Origin: Felis catus | Taxonomy: Eukaryota | Assembly (NCBI RefSeq): GCF_018350175.1 | Contig: NC_058368.1 | Location: 180,236,001 to 180,300,000, forward strand | Direction: 5' to 3' | Length of the DNA stretch: 64,000 bases | Shown here: positions 10,901 to 24,682 of the stretch, piece after piece | How the letters are laid out: each line of letters starts with the position of its first letter | Position numbering within the stretch: the stretch's first letter is position 1 | Notes under the pieces: model-generated | The model's input: the letters and a program-made list of their open reading frames with translations, nothing else | The model's database searches: none | What the model was told of the DNA's origin: nothing | Position numbers and translations under genes: made by a program

Positions 10901-13900
10901 TTCGTTGCAGTAACAGTTGCAATAGCTTTCAAAGAACATTTCAACTTTTACATAATTTGTAAAGCATATGTAAGTAATGCAAATAGTTTGAGATAATTTT
11001 GGCTTTACATTGTATCTCTGAATCATGGACATCATATCTGTCACAGTCAGTAGTGATTACAGATAACCAAGCCATTTTGAAATTTACCACTTTTTTCCTG
11101 AGGGGCCCTTTTTAGTTTACAACATTTAGAAACAAAGGGTAACTTTATATATCTGACATCAATATCTTAGTCTCTTGATCCCAAATATAATTAATGGAAT
11201 TAGGATATAAGTCATATTAAGACAGTTTTATCATGTCTTTATTTGAGCTTTTTATTTGAACTACATTGAGAGTTCAGCTTTTTAAATAAGTTGAATGGCA
11301 CTTGTCTTACTTCTGCCCAGTGATTGACCAAATTCTATCTAGATGTTTGTATGTTTGAATTTTACTTACACAAGCCATTTCAGTTTAAGTTGCCTTATTC
11401 TGTCACATCGTTCTTGTCAAGTCTGAGCTTTGTCATGTTGGAATTCTTCTAACAATGAATCTGTGATGTAAAAATGTATGATGTGCTACAAATTTTATTC
11501 ATAATAAACTAAGTTATAGCCTATTGTAACCTATAAAACATTGCTTGTAAATCGTCTAATTTATTTTTTCATTTATGTACATTTTCTTATGTAAATTTTT
11601 AAATATTTGTTGTGGCCTGTTCTATAAACATTCTTGTACTCTTCTCCTTAATCCTTATTTGCATGAAGGAAGCTTAGGTTTTGCTTGTTTATATTGGCTG
11701 GCAATTAGGCCAACTTCAGTACTTTTCTGCCTTCTTTTCTGTAGTTTAACTTTTTCTAGTTTTCTTCATATTCTAAATAAATGTTAAAATCATACTTTTT
11801 ATTTCCTACTTTCCAAATAAATTCTCTAAGTTGTTTCCTATGTGTATGTTTTTATTATTTCATTTTATATATTGTACTCCCACATTTTCACTGATTAAAG
11901 TTGTAGCTGAAATTACCTATAGTAGAATGTAAACTCTGAGAACAAAGACTTGGCAAAGTCTTACCTTTATCCTGAGTAGTTGGCACAGAGAAGGCGTTCA
12001 ATAAACAATTGTACAGAAAGTGTCTTATCTGTCATGTAAGAAGTAATTGTTAGTTTTTCCCCACCTTCTTCCCATCATTAGAAAGTACAGTTAGTTATTC
12101 ACAGATGAGAGTCTTAATGACACGGGGTAAAAAATTAAAGATTTCATCTGAGTAAACTTCAAATTAGAGGTGCCCTGGTATCTCTCACACACCAGTAGCC
12201 AGTGACCAGCCAAGTTTGGGCACTCACAGACTGCCGAATCAAACCTAGGATTTTATAGGGAATTACAAAGCTCAGAGAAGTCAACTGTACTGTGCCAGGT
12301 CACACAGCTGATTATTAGAACCAAAACTAAACTAGTTTTTCTCAGCCCATTCCACTGTTGTTGTTGTTTTAACCCTCTTCCTGTTGGGCAGGTAGCATAT
12401 AGGAACAGAATGTTATTCAAATAAATTTAAAAATAATTAGGTTATAACATCCAAGTAAGATAGATCAAAATAGAAAAATTAGAACAACTATAAGTACACA
12501 AGAAAAACCAGAAAAGGTAAATATCTTCATAATAAAGTATACTAAAATTTGCCAATTGAAGAAGTAATCTGGGTTTAAAGGGAGAAACATCCATAAGCTT
12601 TTTATAAAATAGAATGTTGACTAAAGTGTGAGAGAGGTCAAGACACCATTTTACAAAAAAACCCATTCCCAATGCAGCAACACAATAGGGAAGGATCTCC
12701 CCACAGATACTTCTGGACGTGAAGGATTTGTGCCCCCTATCAGGTACTTCAGCCCCTGGGATCTGTACCAGAGAGACAAGCTCCCATAACATCTAGCTTG
12801 AAAAAGCAAAAGAGCTGATGTCTAGGGATCCCAAAGTGCTATAGGAAATAGATTCCTCTCTTGGGGGGGTTCATACACAGTCTCACTAAACACAAGACGG
12901 CCAAAAGCCAAAAGTTGGGGAAGTGCCTGGCAGCAACCCATAAATGAATACCATAGGTTCAGGGGTCCTTCCTCAGGAGTGAGGGGTTCAAGCCCCAAAT
13001 TGGGGATCCCCTGCTCTGGAGATCTGCACTGGGAAGACCTGATTTTGAAAATTGGCAGGGCTTAGCTCCAGGGGCTTTGAAAATCAGTTGGGTTTAACTA
13101 CAGGAGAGCCCAGGGCTATATAAGGTTACCAAAATCCTGCTCTTAAAGGTCCCATACACAGTCTCACTCACTCTGAGGCATAGAACAGAGACAGCAGTTT
13201 GAAAAGCACCTGGGCCATGAGTGTAGGAGAGCTATTGACTAATTTTAAGGTATATGCCAGAGGGGCAGGGATTTGTAAGAACTCTGGGAACAGAAGTGCT
13301 GTTGGGCACCATTTTTCTTGACCTTTTTCAGTCCAGCTGGATCTATGCTGGTGGGCAACAGTTCCCGACACTCTCTAACTAGCTACATTGCTAGTACCAC
13401 TCAGCCTGGTGTCCCTTGTGGACCTACCACACCCAATGAACCAACCCAGACAGGTGTCCTTCCAAAGCAGCTCCTGCCATACTACACCTAATAGGCAGCC
13501 TTCTTTGGAATCAGCAGCCCTCCAAAGCAACTCCTGCCCTCAGGAGGAAGGGAGACAACCAACCTGCCCACCAACATGCACATAACAGTCGTTGCCAGCA
13601 CCCCCACAGCAGTCACCTCCCAATCATAACAGGAGGGTACACAAAGCCCACACGGGACACTGCAGGAGCACCTGGTTCTGGTAACCATGGGAAATTGTGC
13701 TTCTGGGAACCAAAGGCCCACACATAAGACCACTACCTTCAGGAGATTAAGTTGACCTACTAATACATAGAAACACAGAATCAGACAAAATGAGGAGACA
13801 GAGGAGTATGTCCTAAATGAAATAACAAGACAAAATCTTTGAAAAAGAAACAATGGAAATAATCTACCCATCTGAGAGTTCAAAGTGGTGGTCATAAAGA

Positions 13901-14100
13901 TGGTCAGTGAAGTTGAAGAATAAAACTCAGTGAGAACTTCAACAAAGAGATAGAAAATATAAAAACCAAGCTGAAGAATACAATAATGGAAATGAAAAAT
14001 ACCCTAGAGGGAATAAACAGATTAGAGAATGAGAAGAATGGATCAGTGGTCTGGAAGATTGGGTAGTAGAAATCATCCAAGCTGAACAGCAAAAGGAAAT

Positions 14101-14312
14101 TTAAAAATTTTTTAAATGATTATTTATTTTTGAGACAGGGAGAGATAGCATGAGCGGGAGAGAGGCAGAAAGGGAGACACAGAATCCAAAGCAGGCTCCA
14201 GGCTCCGAGCTGTCAGCATAGAGCCTGACACAAGGTTTAAACTCAATGAACTGTGAGATCATGACCTGAGCCGAAGTCGGACGCTTAACCAACTGAGCTA
14301 CATAGGCTCCCC
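14101..14312 (-). mobile_element. Feline Can-SINE in L1 ORF1
   Basis: Reverse-complement SINE body (gagacacagaatccaaagcaggctccaggc). Confidence 0.92.
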
Positions 14313-15116
14313 TAGAATTTTTTTAAAATGATGATAGGCTAAGGGCCCTTTAGCAAAACATCAGCTGTACTAACATTCACATTATAGATGTCCTAGAAGA
14401 GAAAGAGAGAAAGGGGCAGGAAGTTTATTTAAAGAAATAATAGCTAAAAACTTCTCTAACCTGGGGAAGGAAACAGACATCCAGATCCAGAAAGCACAGA
14501 GAGCCCAACAAGATAAACCCAAAGAGGGTTACTAAGACACAGTAATTAAAATGTCAAAAAGTAAACATGGAGAATCTTAAAAGCAACAAGAGAAAAGAAA
14601 TGTAACATACATGGGAATACCCATAGGACCATCAACTGAGTTTTCAGCAGAAATTTTTCAGGCCAAAAGGGAATGGCATATTATGTATATATAAATAAAG
14701 TGCTGAAATGAAAAAAACCTACAATGAAGAATATTCTACATAGTAAGGTGATCATTCAGAATTGAAGGAGAGATGAAGAATTTCAGAGACAAAGAAAAAA
14801 TAATTTAGAATGTGTTCAAAGTTAAGTGACCATCAACTTAAAATAGACTGCTATACACATGGGGTGTTATGTATGAACCTCAAAGTAACCAAACCAAAAC
14901 TTCAGGTAGATGCACAAAAAAACAAAAAGAAAGAAATCCAAGCATAACACTAGAGAAAGTCAACAGATCACAAGGGAAGAGAGCAAGAGAAGAAAGGATC
15001 AGAGAAGAATTACAGAAAGAACCAGAAACCAAAATGGCAATAAGTAAATATCTACCAATACTTACTTTAAATGTAAATGGAATAAAAAGGTCCAGTCAAA
15101 AGACATAGGGTAAGTA

Positions 15117-15335
15117 GGGGCAGCTGGGTGACTCAGTCGGATTAAGTATCCGACTTCATCTCAGGTCATGATCTAGCAGTTTGTGAGTTCGAGCCCTGCG
15201 TCGGGCTCTGTGCTGACAGCTCAGAGCCTAGAGACTTCTTCTGATTCTGTGTCTACCTCTCTCTTTCTGCCCCTCCCCTACTCACTCTGTCTCTCTCCCT
15301 TTCAAAAATAAATAATAAACATTAAAAAAATTTTT
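15117..15335 (+). mobile_element. Feline Can-SINE
   Basis: Full body; TSD aaaagacatagggtaa on both sides. Confidence 0.93.
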
Positions 15336-15472
15336 AAAAAAGACATAGGGTAACTGAATGGACAAAAAGATCCATCTATATACTGCCTACAAGAGACTCA
15401 TGTCAGACCTAATGTCACATACATACTGAAACTGAATGGATGGTAAAAGATATCCCATGAAAATAGAAATGA

Positions 15473-15701
15473 GGGGCGCCTGGGTGGCGCAGTCGGTTAA
15501 CCGTCCGACTTCAGCCAGGTCACGATCTCGCGGTCCGTGAGTTCGAGCCCCGCGTCGGGCTCTGGGCTGATGGCTCCGAGCCTGGAGCCTGTTTCCGATT
15601 CTGTGTCTCCCTCTCTCTCTGCCCCTCCCCCGTTCATGCTCTGTCTCTCTCTGTCCCAAAAATAAATAAATGTTGAAAAAAAAATTAAAAAAAAAAAAAA
15701 A
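15473..15701 (+). mobile_element. Young SINEC_Fc-type element
   Basis: CpG-intact body; perfect TSD gaaaatagaaatga at 15459-15472 and 15702-15715; long A tail. Confidence 0.96.
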
Positions 15702-18365
15702 GAAAATAGAAATGAAAAAAAAAAAACCAAACAAGAACACTTTGGTACCATTAGTTATATCAGACAAAATAGACTTTAAAACAAAGACTATAACAAGAAA
15801 CAAAGGGCATTACCTAATAATAAAGGGATAAGTCCAACAGGAGAACATGAACACTGTAAATATCTGTGCACCCAACATTGGAGCACCTAAATACATAAAA
15901 TCTCACACTAAGAAACATATGGGAGAAATAGTACGATAGTAATAATAGGGGGCTCCATTCCATGTACATCAAAGGATAGATTATCCAGACAGAAAATCAA
16001 TAAGGAAAGTATCTTTGAAGGACATATTAGACCAGATGGACCCAACAGATTACATGTATATTACAACACACACACACACACACACACACACGTATATAAA
16101 CAAAAATTCCATCCCCAAACAGAATACACATTTTTCTCAAGTGTACATGGAATCTAATCTAGAGCAGATAACATGTTAGGCCACAAAATAACTCTCAATA
16201 AATTTAAGAAGATTAAAACATATATCAAGGATCTTTTCTGACCACAATAGTATTAAACCAGAAATTAATTGCAAGAAAAAAACTGGAAACATAAGCACAT
16301 GGAGGCTAAACAACATGCTATTAAACAACAAAAGTCAATGAAGAAATCAAAGAGAAAATTTAAGAAAATACCCTGAGACAAATGAAAATGGAAAAACGAT
16401 GTCCCAAGATCTTTGGGACACAGCAAAAGGAGTTCTAAGGAGGAAATCTATACAGGTCTACTTCAAGAAACAAGAAAAATCCCAAATAAACCATCTCACA
16501 CCTAAAGAACTAGAAAAAGAAGAACAAAACCCAAATTTAATAGAAAAAGAAATAAAGATCAGAGTGGAAATAAATGAAATAGAGACATCAAAAACAATAG
16601 AAAAATCAATGAAACTCAGAGCTGGTTCTTTGAAAATATAAACAAAATTGGAAAACTTTTAGCCAGATTTATCTTTAAAAAAATAGAGAGGACTCAGAAT
16701 CACAAATGAAAGAGAAATTACAACTGACACCACAGAAATACAAAAGATTACGAGAGAGTACTAAGAAAAATTATGTGCCAACAAACTGGACAACCTGGAA
16801 GAAATGGATAAATTCCTAGAAACACAATCTTCAAGATTGAATCAAGAAGAAATAGAAAATCTGAAAAAACAGATTATTAGTAATGAAACTGAATCACTAA
16901 TTTTAAAACTACCAACAAAGTCTAGGACCAAACAGTTTCAAAGGTGAATCCTATCAAACGTTTAAAGAAAAGTTAATACCTATCCTTCTCAAACTTCCAA
17001 TAAATTGAAGAGGAAAGGAACAAGTCCAAATTTATTCCACAACATCAGCATTATCCTGATACCAAAACCAGACAAAGACATTACAAAAAAAGAAAATTAC
17101 AGACCAAAGTCCCTGAGGAGCATATATGTAGAAGTCATCAACAAAATATTAGCAGATCAAATTCAATAATACATTAAAAGGATTATCACCGTAATAAAGT
17201 GGGATTTATTCTAAAGATGCAAAAATGGTTCAATATCCACAAGTCAATCGTGATACACCACATTAAAAATATTACAGATGAAAATCACATGGTCATCTCA
17301 ATAGATACAAAAAGCATTTGACAAAATTAAACTTCCATTCATGATAAAAACTCTCAGTAAAGTGGGTATAGAAGGAACATATCTCAACATAATAAGGCTA
17401 ACTATGACAAACCCACAGCTAATTCCATATTCAATAACGAGAAACTGAAATCTCTTCTTCAAAGATCAGGAACAAGAAAAGGATGCACATTCATAGCACT
17501 TTTATTTAATATAGTACTTGAAGTCATAGCCACAACAGTCAGAAAACAAAAAGAAATAAAAAGGCATCCAAAGTGGTAAAGAAGTAAAACTTTCACTCTT
17601 TGCAGATGATATGATACTCTATATAGAAAACCCCAAAGACTTCACCAAAAAAAAAAAAACCTGCTAGAACTTATAAACAAACTCAGTTGTCACATGATAC
17701 AAAATCAATTTACAGAAATCTGCTGCATTTTTATACACCAATAATGAAGCAGCTGAAAGATAAATTAAGAAACAATCCTATTTACAATTGCAACCAAAAT
17801 AATAAGATACCTAGGAATAAACCTAACCAACGAGGTGAAAGACTTGTACCTGGAGACTATAAAACACTGATGAAAGAAATTAAAGATAACACAAAGAAAT
17901 GGAAAGACATTCTATGCTCATGGATTAGAAGAACAAATAATGTTAAAATGTCTATATTACCCAAAGCAATCTACACACTTAATGCAATCCCTATCAAAAT
18001 ACCAACATACTTTTCACAGAACTAGAACAAACAGTCCTAAAGTTTGTATGGAGCCACAAAAGACCCTGAATAACCAATCAGCAATCTTGAAAAAGAAAAG
18101 CAAAGCTGGAAGCATCACAATTACAGACTTCAAGTTACATTACAAAGCTGTAGTAACCAAAACAGTATGGTACTGGCACAAAAATAGACACATAGATCAA
18201 TGGAACAGAATAGAAAGCCCAAAAATAAACCCACTATTACATGCTCAATTAATCTTTGATAAAGCAGGAAAGAATACCCAATGGGAAAAAGAATGTCTCT
18301 TCAACAAATGGTGTTGGAAAATCCGGACAGCAACATGCAAATGAATGAAACTGGACCACTTTGCT

Positions 18366-21030
18366 AGAGCTCAGGGAAGATGGTGGAGGAGTAGGGCAAC
18401 CCTAAGCTTGCTTCCTCCCTCAAACACAGCTAGATAAATATCAAATCATTCTGAAGATGTAAGAAATTGATCAGAAGTCTCAGAGAACAAAGCTGCTCAT
18501 CTACAAACAACAACAACAAAATATGACCTATGGAAGGGAGGAACTGTGGAAAGTTGATTCATGGGAGAAAAGAGCTCAGGCACTGCCCAGGGGAGGGAGC
18601 CCTGATTGTGGAGGAGTAGCAAGAGAGGAGGAAAAAGAGAAGGAAAGAGTGGGGGGAGGAAAGTGAAAACACACAAAAGGGACTGCACCAAAAAAACTGT
18701 TCTCCAAAACCACTGACTAGGAAAAAAGAGAGGGTTACAATACCACCAGTTTTTTAACAGCTGAGAACAGAGTCTGAAGTTTGGGGGGTCAGCCCTGGTC
18801 ATGCCCTGAGGAGGCAGGGAAGAGCCCAGGGAGCAGGCAGAGCCTGGTCTGGGTATCTCCTGGGCTTCACTGGGAGAAGTGGTTCCCCAGCTTGGCATGC
18901 ATTTTGTAAAGATGATACGGCCTCTCCATGAGCAAAAGACCCAGCAGACACCATAGAGCTGCCTCGCTTTACCAATATAGGAACAAAGACCGCCGAGGGC
19001 AGCAATCCCTGGTGGTGGCTGTGTGTTGCAACTTACCATACATAAATTCAAAGGGACTGCCACTGTGCAGTCATGCAACCATTTTCTGGACCAAGACAGT
19101 ACCAGTCATGGCATGGCAAGACCCATGGCCAGAGGATCAGCACAGGTCCAAGCTGCAGGGGTCTCTGAAGTGTGGGGTTTTAAAACACAGTTGTGCCCCC
19201 TAAAACCTAGAAAGGCAGTGCTGCCTGGAAGGCAGACAGCTGAGACACAAACAGGGGTAAAGTGGGGATCTGACAAAAGCAGGGGACACAAAAGGGGTAA
19301 TTGCACGTATGTGAGGGCATCCTGAAGAAGGGTGGGCGTGTATCTCCCAGCTCTCTCCAGAGTGGTAAACCATATTTACCCCATGCCCACCAACCTGATG
19401 CACTTCAGCAAGCTAAAAAGTGCCACCAAATGGAGAACAGAGCCACTAACCCAAGCCCCGCCCCCCTGTGCCCTGCAAAGGCATCTCCACTAGGGCAAAT
19501 CCACCTGAGCATCACAGCAGCAGAACCCTCCCCCAGAAAGAGCAGCACAACCCCCCCCTCACCCACACCAAGTCTACTGATCACAGAGTGCTATAAAGCT
19601 TCAGCTCTATGGGAAATAGGATCTAACTTCCTTTGGGTTTTGTTTGTTTGCTTTGTTTATTTTTGCCTTTGTTTTTGTTTCTGGATACAGAAAGAGCAAC
19701 TTTTTAATTAATTTATTTTTAAATTTCATTTCATTTTTTATTATTTTTAAATTTTTTATGTTTCTTTCTACCTTTTTCTGTCAAGCTTCTCTTAACAAGA
19801 ATACCAAAACATACGTAGAATCTATCTTCATTTAATTAAAAATTTTTTCTTTTTCTTTTTTCTTTTTTTTAACCCCCAAAATGACAAAACAGAGGAATTC
19901 ACCCCAAAAGGAAAAAAAAGAAGAAATGAGGGCCAGAGATTTAATCAATACAGATATAAGTAAAATGTCTGAACTAGAATTTAAAACAATTATAAGAATA
20001 CTAGCTGAACTTGTAAAAGGCATAGAAGACACTACAGACTCCCTTACTGCAGAGATGAAAGAACTAAAATCTAGTCAAGGTGAAATTTAAAATGCTATTA
20101 ACAAGATGTAAACCCAAATGGCTGCCATAACAGTGAGGATGGACAGAGCAGAGGAATGAATCAGTGATACAGAAAATAAAATTATGGAAAATAATGAAGC
20201 TGAAAAGAAGAGGGAAACAAAGGTAATGGATCATGAAGGTAGACTTAGGAAACTCAGCAACTTATTAAAATGGAATAACATTTGTATGATAGGAACCCCC
20301 AGAAGATGAAGAGAAAAAAAAGGACAGAAGGTTTATTTTAGTTAATTATAGCTGAAAACTTCTCTAGTTCAGGGGAACTTCTCTAGTTCCCCTCTGGGGA
20401 AGGACCCAGATATCAAAATCCAAGAAGCACAGAGAACTCCCATTAAATTCAGCAAAGGCTGGCCATCACCAAGGCATATCATAGTCAAATTCACAAAATA
20501 CACAGACAAGGAAAGAATCCTGAAAGCAGCAAGGTGGAAAAAAGTCCTTAATTTACAAGGGAGGGCAGATCAAGTTCAATGCAGATCTGTCCACAGAAAC
20601 TTAGAAAGACAGAAAGGAATGTCAGGACATATTCAATGTGCGGGATGGGAAAAATATGCAACCAAGAATTCTTTATCCAGCATGGTGGTCATTCAGAATA
20701 GAAGGAGAGAGAAAGAGTTTCCCAGACAAACAAAAACGTGACCACTAACCAGCCTTGCAAGAAATATTAAGGGGATCCTTTGAGGGGGGGAAAAAGGACT
20801 CAAAGCAATAAAGACTAGAAAGGAAAAAAGAACATCACCAGAAAATTTACAGGTAACACAACTGCACTAAATTAATATCTTTCAATAATCATTCTGAATA
20901 TAGATGGACTAAATGCTCCAATCAAAAGACATAGTGTATCAGAATGAATTTAAAAAGACTCATCTACATACTACCTACAGGAGACTCATTTTATACCTAA
21001 AGACATCTGCAGATTGAAAGTGAGGGGATG
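18366..21030 (+). mobile_element. Carnivore L1 5' portion (5'UTR, ORF1, start of ORF2) nested in host L1 ORF2
   Basis: gggaagatggtggaggagtagg 5' end; ORF1 MTKQRNSPQKEK at 19881; endonuclease start ~20860; host ORF2 resumes at 21031 after a duplicated target. Confidence 0.88.
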
Positions 21031-21580
21031 AAACTGGACTACTTTCTTATACCACAAAAAAAATTAATTCAAAACTGATTAAAGACCCAAATGTGAGACC
21101 TGAACCTATAAAAATCCTAGAAGAGAACACAGGCAGTAACTTCTTTGACATTGGCCATAGCAACCTCCTTCTAGATAGGACTCTTGAGGCAAGGGAAACA
21201 AAAGCAAAAATGAACTATTGAGACTACATCAAAATGGAAAGCTTCTGCACAATGAAGGAAACAATCAACTAAAAGGCAACTTACTGAATGGGAGAAGATA
21301 TTTGAAAATGCTCTATCTGAAAAGGGGTTAATATCCAACATACATAAAGAGCTTATACAACTCACACCAAAAAACCAAATAATCCAGTTTAAAAATGGGC
21401 AGAAGACATAAACAGACATTTCTCCAAAGAAACAGATGGCCAACAGATACCAGATGGCAACATGAAAAGATGCTCATCATCACTTATCAGAAGGGAAATG
21501 CAAATCAGAAATTACAATGAGATATTACCTCACACCTGTCAGAATGGCTAAAATGAACAACACAAGAAACAACAGGTGTT

Positions 21581-21776
21581 GGGGCACCAAGGTGGCTCAG
21601 TCAGTTAAGCATCCAACTGTTGATTTCAGTTGAGGTCATGATTGCACAGTTTGTGGGATTGAGTCTGGTGTTGGGTTCTGCACTGACAGGACAGAGTTTG
21701 CTTGGGATTCTCCCTCTCTCTATGCCTCTCCCCTACTCACACTCTCTTTTTAAATAAATAAACTTAAAAAAAAAAA
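21581..21776 (+). mobile_element. Can-SINE
   Basis: TSD aagaaacaacaggtgtt on both sides. Confidence 0.92.
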
Positions 21777-22399
21777 AGAAACAACAGGTGTTGGCAAGGA
21801 TGTGGAGAAAAAGGAACCCTCTTGCACAGTTGGTGGGAATGCAAACTGGTACAGCCACTGTAGTAAACAGTATGGAGGTTCTTTAAAAAGTTAAAAATAT
21901 AACTACCTTATGATCCAGAAATCAGACTACTGGGTATTTATTCAAGGAATACAAGAACACTAATTCAAAGGGATACATGAACCCCTGTTTACAGCAGCAT
22001 TATTTACAATACCAAAGATATGAAAGCAGCCCAAGTGTCCATCAATTGATAAACAGATAAAGATATATATATATATCACACACATGTGATATGTATATGT
22101 ATATGTATATGGAATATTCAGCCACAAAAAAGAATGAAATCTTGCCATTTACAATGATATGGATGGACCCAGAGGGCATTATGTTAAGTGAGAAAACTCA
22201 TACAAATAAAGACAAATACTGTATGATTTCACTTATATGTGGAATATAAAAAGCAAAACAAATGAATGGACAAAACAGAAACAGACTCATAAATTTAAAG
22301 AAGAAACTGTAGTTGTTAGAGGGGAGGTGAATGGGGAAATAGGCAAAATAAGTGAAGGGAATTTAGAAGTACAAAATTCCTGTTATAAAATAAGTCATA

Positions 22400-23788
22400 T
22401 GGCAAAGAACAGACACTCAGATCAATGGAACAGAATAGAGAACCCAGAAATGGACCCACAAACGTATGGCCAACTAATCTTTGACAAAGCAGGAAAGAAT
22501 GTCCAATGGAATAAAGACAGTCTCTTCAGCAAGTGGTGCTGGGAAACTGGACAGCGACATGCAGAAGAATGAACCTGGACTACTTTCTTACACCATACAC
22601 AAAAATAAACTCAAAATGGATGAAAGACCTCAATGTAAGACAGGAAGCCATCAAACTCCTCGAGGAGAAAGCAGGCAAAAACCTCTTTGCTCTTGCCTGC
22701 AGCAACTTCTTACTCAACATGTCTCCAGAGGCAAGGGAAACAAAAGCAAAAAATGAACTACTGGGACCTCATCAAATAAAAAGCTTCTGCACAGCAAAGG
22801 AAACAATCAGCAAAACTAAAAGGCAACCAATGGAATGGGAGAAGATATTTGCAAATGACATATCAGATAAAGGGTTAGTATCCAAAATCTATAAAGAACT
22901 TCTCAAACTCAACACCCAAAAAACAAATAATCCAGTGAAGAAATCGGCAAAAGACATGAATAGACACTTCTCCAAGGAAGCCATCCAGATGGCCAACTGA
23001 CACATGAAAAAATGCTCAACATCACTCATCATCAGGTACATACGAATCAAAACCACAATGAGATACCTCACACCTGTCAGAATGGCTAACATTAACCACT
23101 CAGGCAACAACAGATGCTGGCGAGGATGCGGAGAAAGAGGATCTCTTTTGCATTGTTGGTGGGAATGCAAGCTGGTGCAGCCACTCTGGAAAACAGTATG
23201 GAGGTTCCGCAAAAACTAAAAATAGAACTACCTTATGACCCAGCAATTGCACTGCTAGGCATTTATCCATGGGATACAGGTGTGGTGTTTTGAAGAGACA
23301 TATGCATCCCAATGTTTATAGCAGCACTATCAACAATAGTCAAAGTATGGAAAAAGCCCAAATGTCCCTCGATGGATGAATGGATAAAGAAGATGTGGTG
23401 TATATGTACACACAATGGAGTATTACTTGGCAATCAAAAAGAATGAAATCTTACCCTTTGCAACTACGTGGATGGAACTGGAGGGTATTAAGCTAAGTGA
23501 AATTAGTCAGAGAAAGACAAAAATCATATGACTTCATTCATATGAGGACTTTAAGAGACAAAACAGATGAACATAGGGGAAGGGAAACAAAAAGAATATA
23601 AAAACAGGGAGGGGGACAAAACAGAAGAGACTCATAAATATGGAGAACAAACTGAGGGTTACTGGAGGGGTTGTGGGAGGGGGGATGGGCTAAATGGGTA
23701 AGGGGCATTAAGGAACAATGAAATCATTGTTTCACTATATGCTAACTAATTTGGATGTAAATTTTAAAAAATAAAAAATTAAATTAAA
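22400..23788 (+). mobile_element. 5'-truncated young feline L1 (L1_Fc-like)
   Basis: ORF2 C-terminus plus 3'UTR and A tail; TSD aaaataagtcata at 22387-22399 and 23789-23801. Confidence 0.93.
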
Positions 23789-24519
23789 AAAATAAGTCAT
23801 AGTAATATAAAGCATGGCATAGGGAATATAGTCAATGTTTTAATAAATTTGTATGGTGACAGATAGCAACTACACTTATGATGGTGAGCATTTTGTAATG
23901 TGTGTGTATGTATGTATGTAGAGAGAAAGAGAGTCATTATGCTGTACACCTGAAACTAATATATTGTATGTCAACTATACTTCAATTTTGAAATAAATAC
24001 AATAAAAACATATCAGGTAATCATTAATAGATCAGGCAAACATTTACAAAAAGCTTATGTAATGATATTAAGGCAAGAAAATAAACGTGAAGACAAAGGC
24101 CATCATTAGGAATAGGGCCATTACATAATCATTACTAATCAGAAGACATAACTATTAAATATATATAGGCAACCAATAAAATATCCACAAAATAAAGCTA
24201 AAATTGATGAAATGTTAAGGCATAAGACCGCCATCACAGTTGGACATTTCAACACCTCTTTCAATCATTGACAGCTCAGGTAAACAAAAAATCAGTAAGG
24301 CCACACACTGAATTATGCATCCAGCAGTAAAAGAATACACATTCTTTTCAAGCATACATAGAACATTTGTAAACATTGATCATATACAAGACCATAGAGT
24401 AAGTCTCAATAAATTTCAAAAAATAAGACCACATTCTCTGAGCACATCACAATTAAATTATGTGATGTTATTACATGATGATAACAAGAAGATAAAAGCT
24501 AGGTATTTGCTGATGACTT

Positions 24520-24680
24520 GAGAGGCAGTGTAGAGTACTGGTTAAAAGCTAGTATTTTGGACCATGGGTTTAATCCTGCTCTGACTTACTAGACACATGA
24601 TGTCAGGCAGATTTCTCAACTCTGTGTACTTCACCACATGCAAGATGAGGCTAATAATTGCACCTTCTTGTGGCTCTTAT
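24520..24680 (+). mobile_element. MIR SINE
   Basis: gaggcagtgtagagtactggttaaaagc..tgggtttaatcctgctctgacttactag core. Confidence 0.65.
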
Positions 24681-24682
24681 TA

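Larger units (their letters stand above)
5271..11800 (+). other. PANK3: Probable long PANK3 3'UTR
   Basis: AT-rich, repeat-poor tract after the stop; AATAAA at 11503-11508 and 11776-11781 with T-rich sequence downstream; dense repeats resume after ~11900. The end is inferred. Confidence 0.6.
12630..24005 (+). mobile_element. Near full-length decayed L1 (carnivore/L1MA-type) hosting nested insertions
   Basis: 5'UTR, ORF1 remnant from ~13790, ORF2 endonuclease start MAISKYLPILTLNVNG ~15034, RT motif LFADDMILY ~17600, C-terminal ORF2 and 3'UTR to ~24005; many stops and frameshifts. Confidence 0.88.

Noticed and set aside
15387..15803. Recurrent ORFs with LGQRETEHERGRGRERGRHRI (also ~37828, ~47908)
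   Set aside because: Antisense translation of SINEC_Fc, not a gene family.
18497..19078. 193-aa antisense ORF in the L1 5'UTR (ORF0-like?), with an ATG-GTAAGT donor-like site at ~19036
   Set aside because: The tracked ORF starts at TTG, lies in a decayed GC-rich UTR and resembles nothing I recognise; one copy cannot support it.
17687..23312. L1 ORF2-like ORFs as an active retrotransposon
   Set aside because: Fragmented by stops, frameshifts and nested insertions; no intact ORF1 or ORF2.
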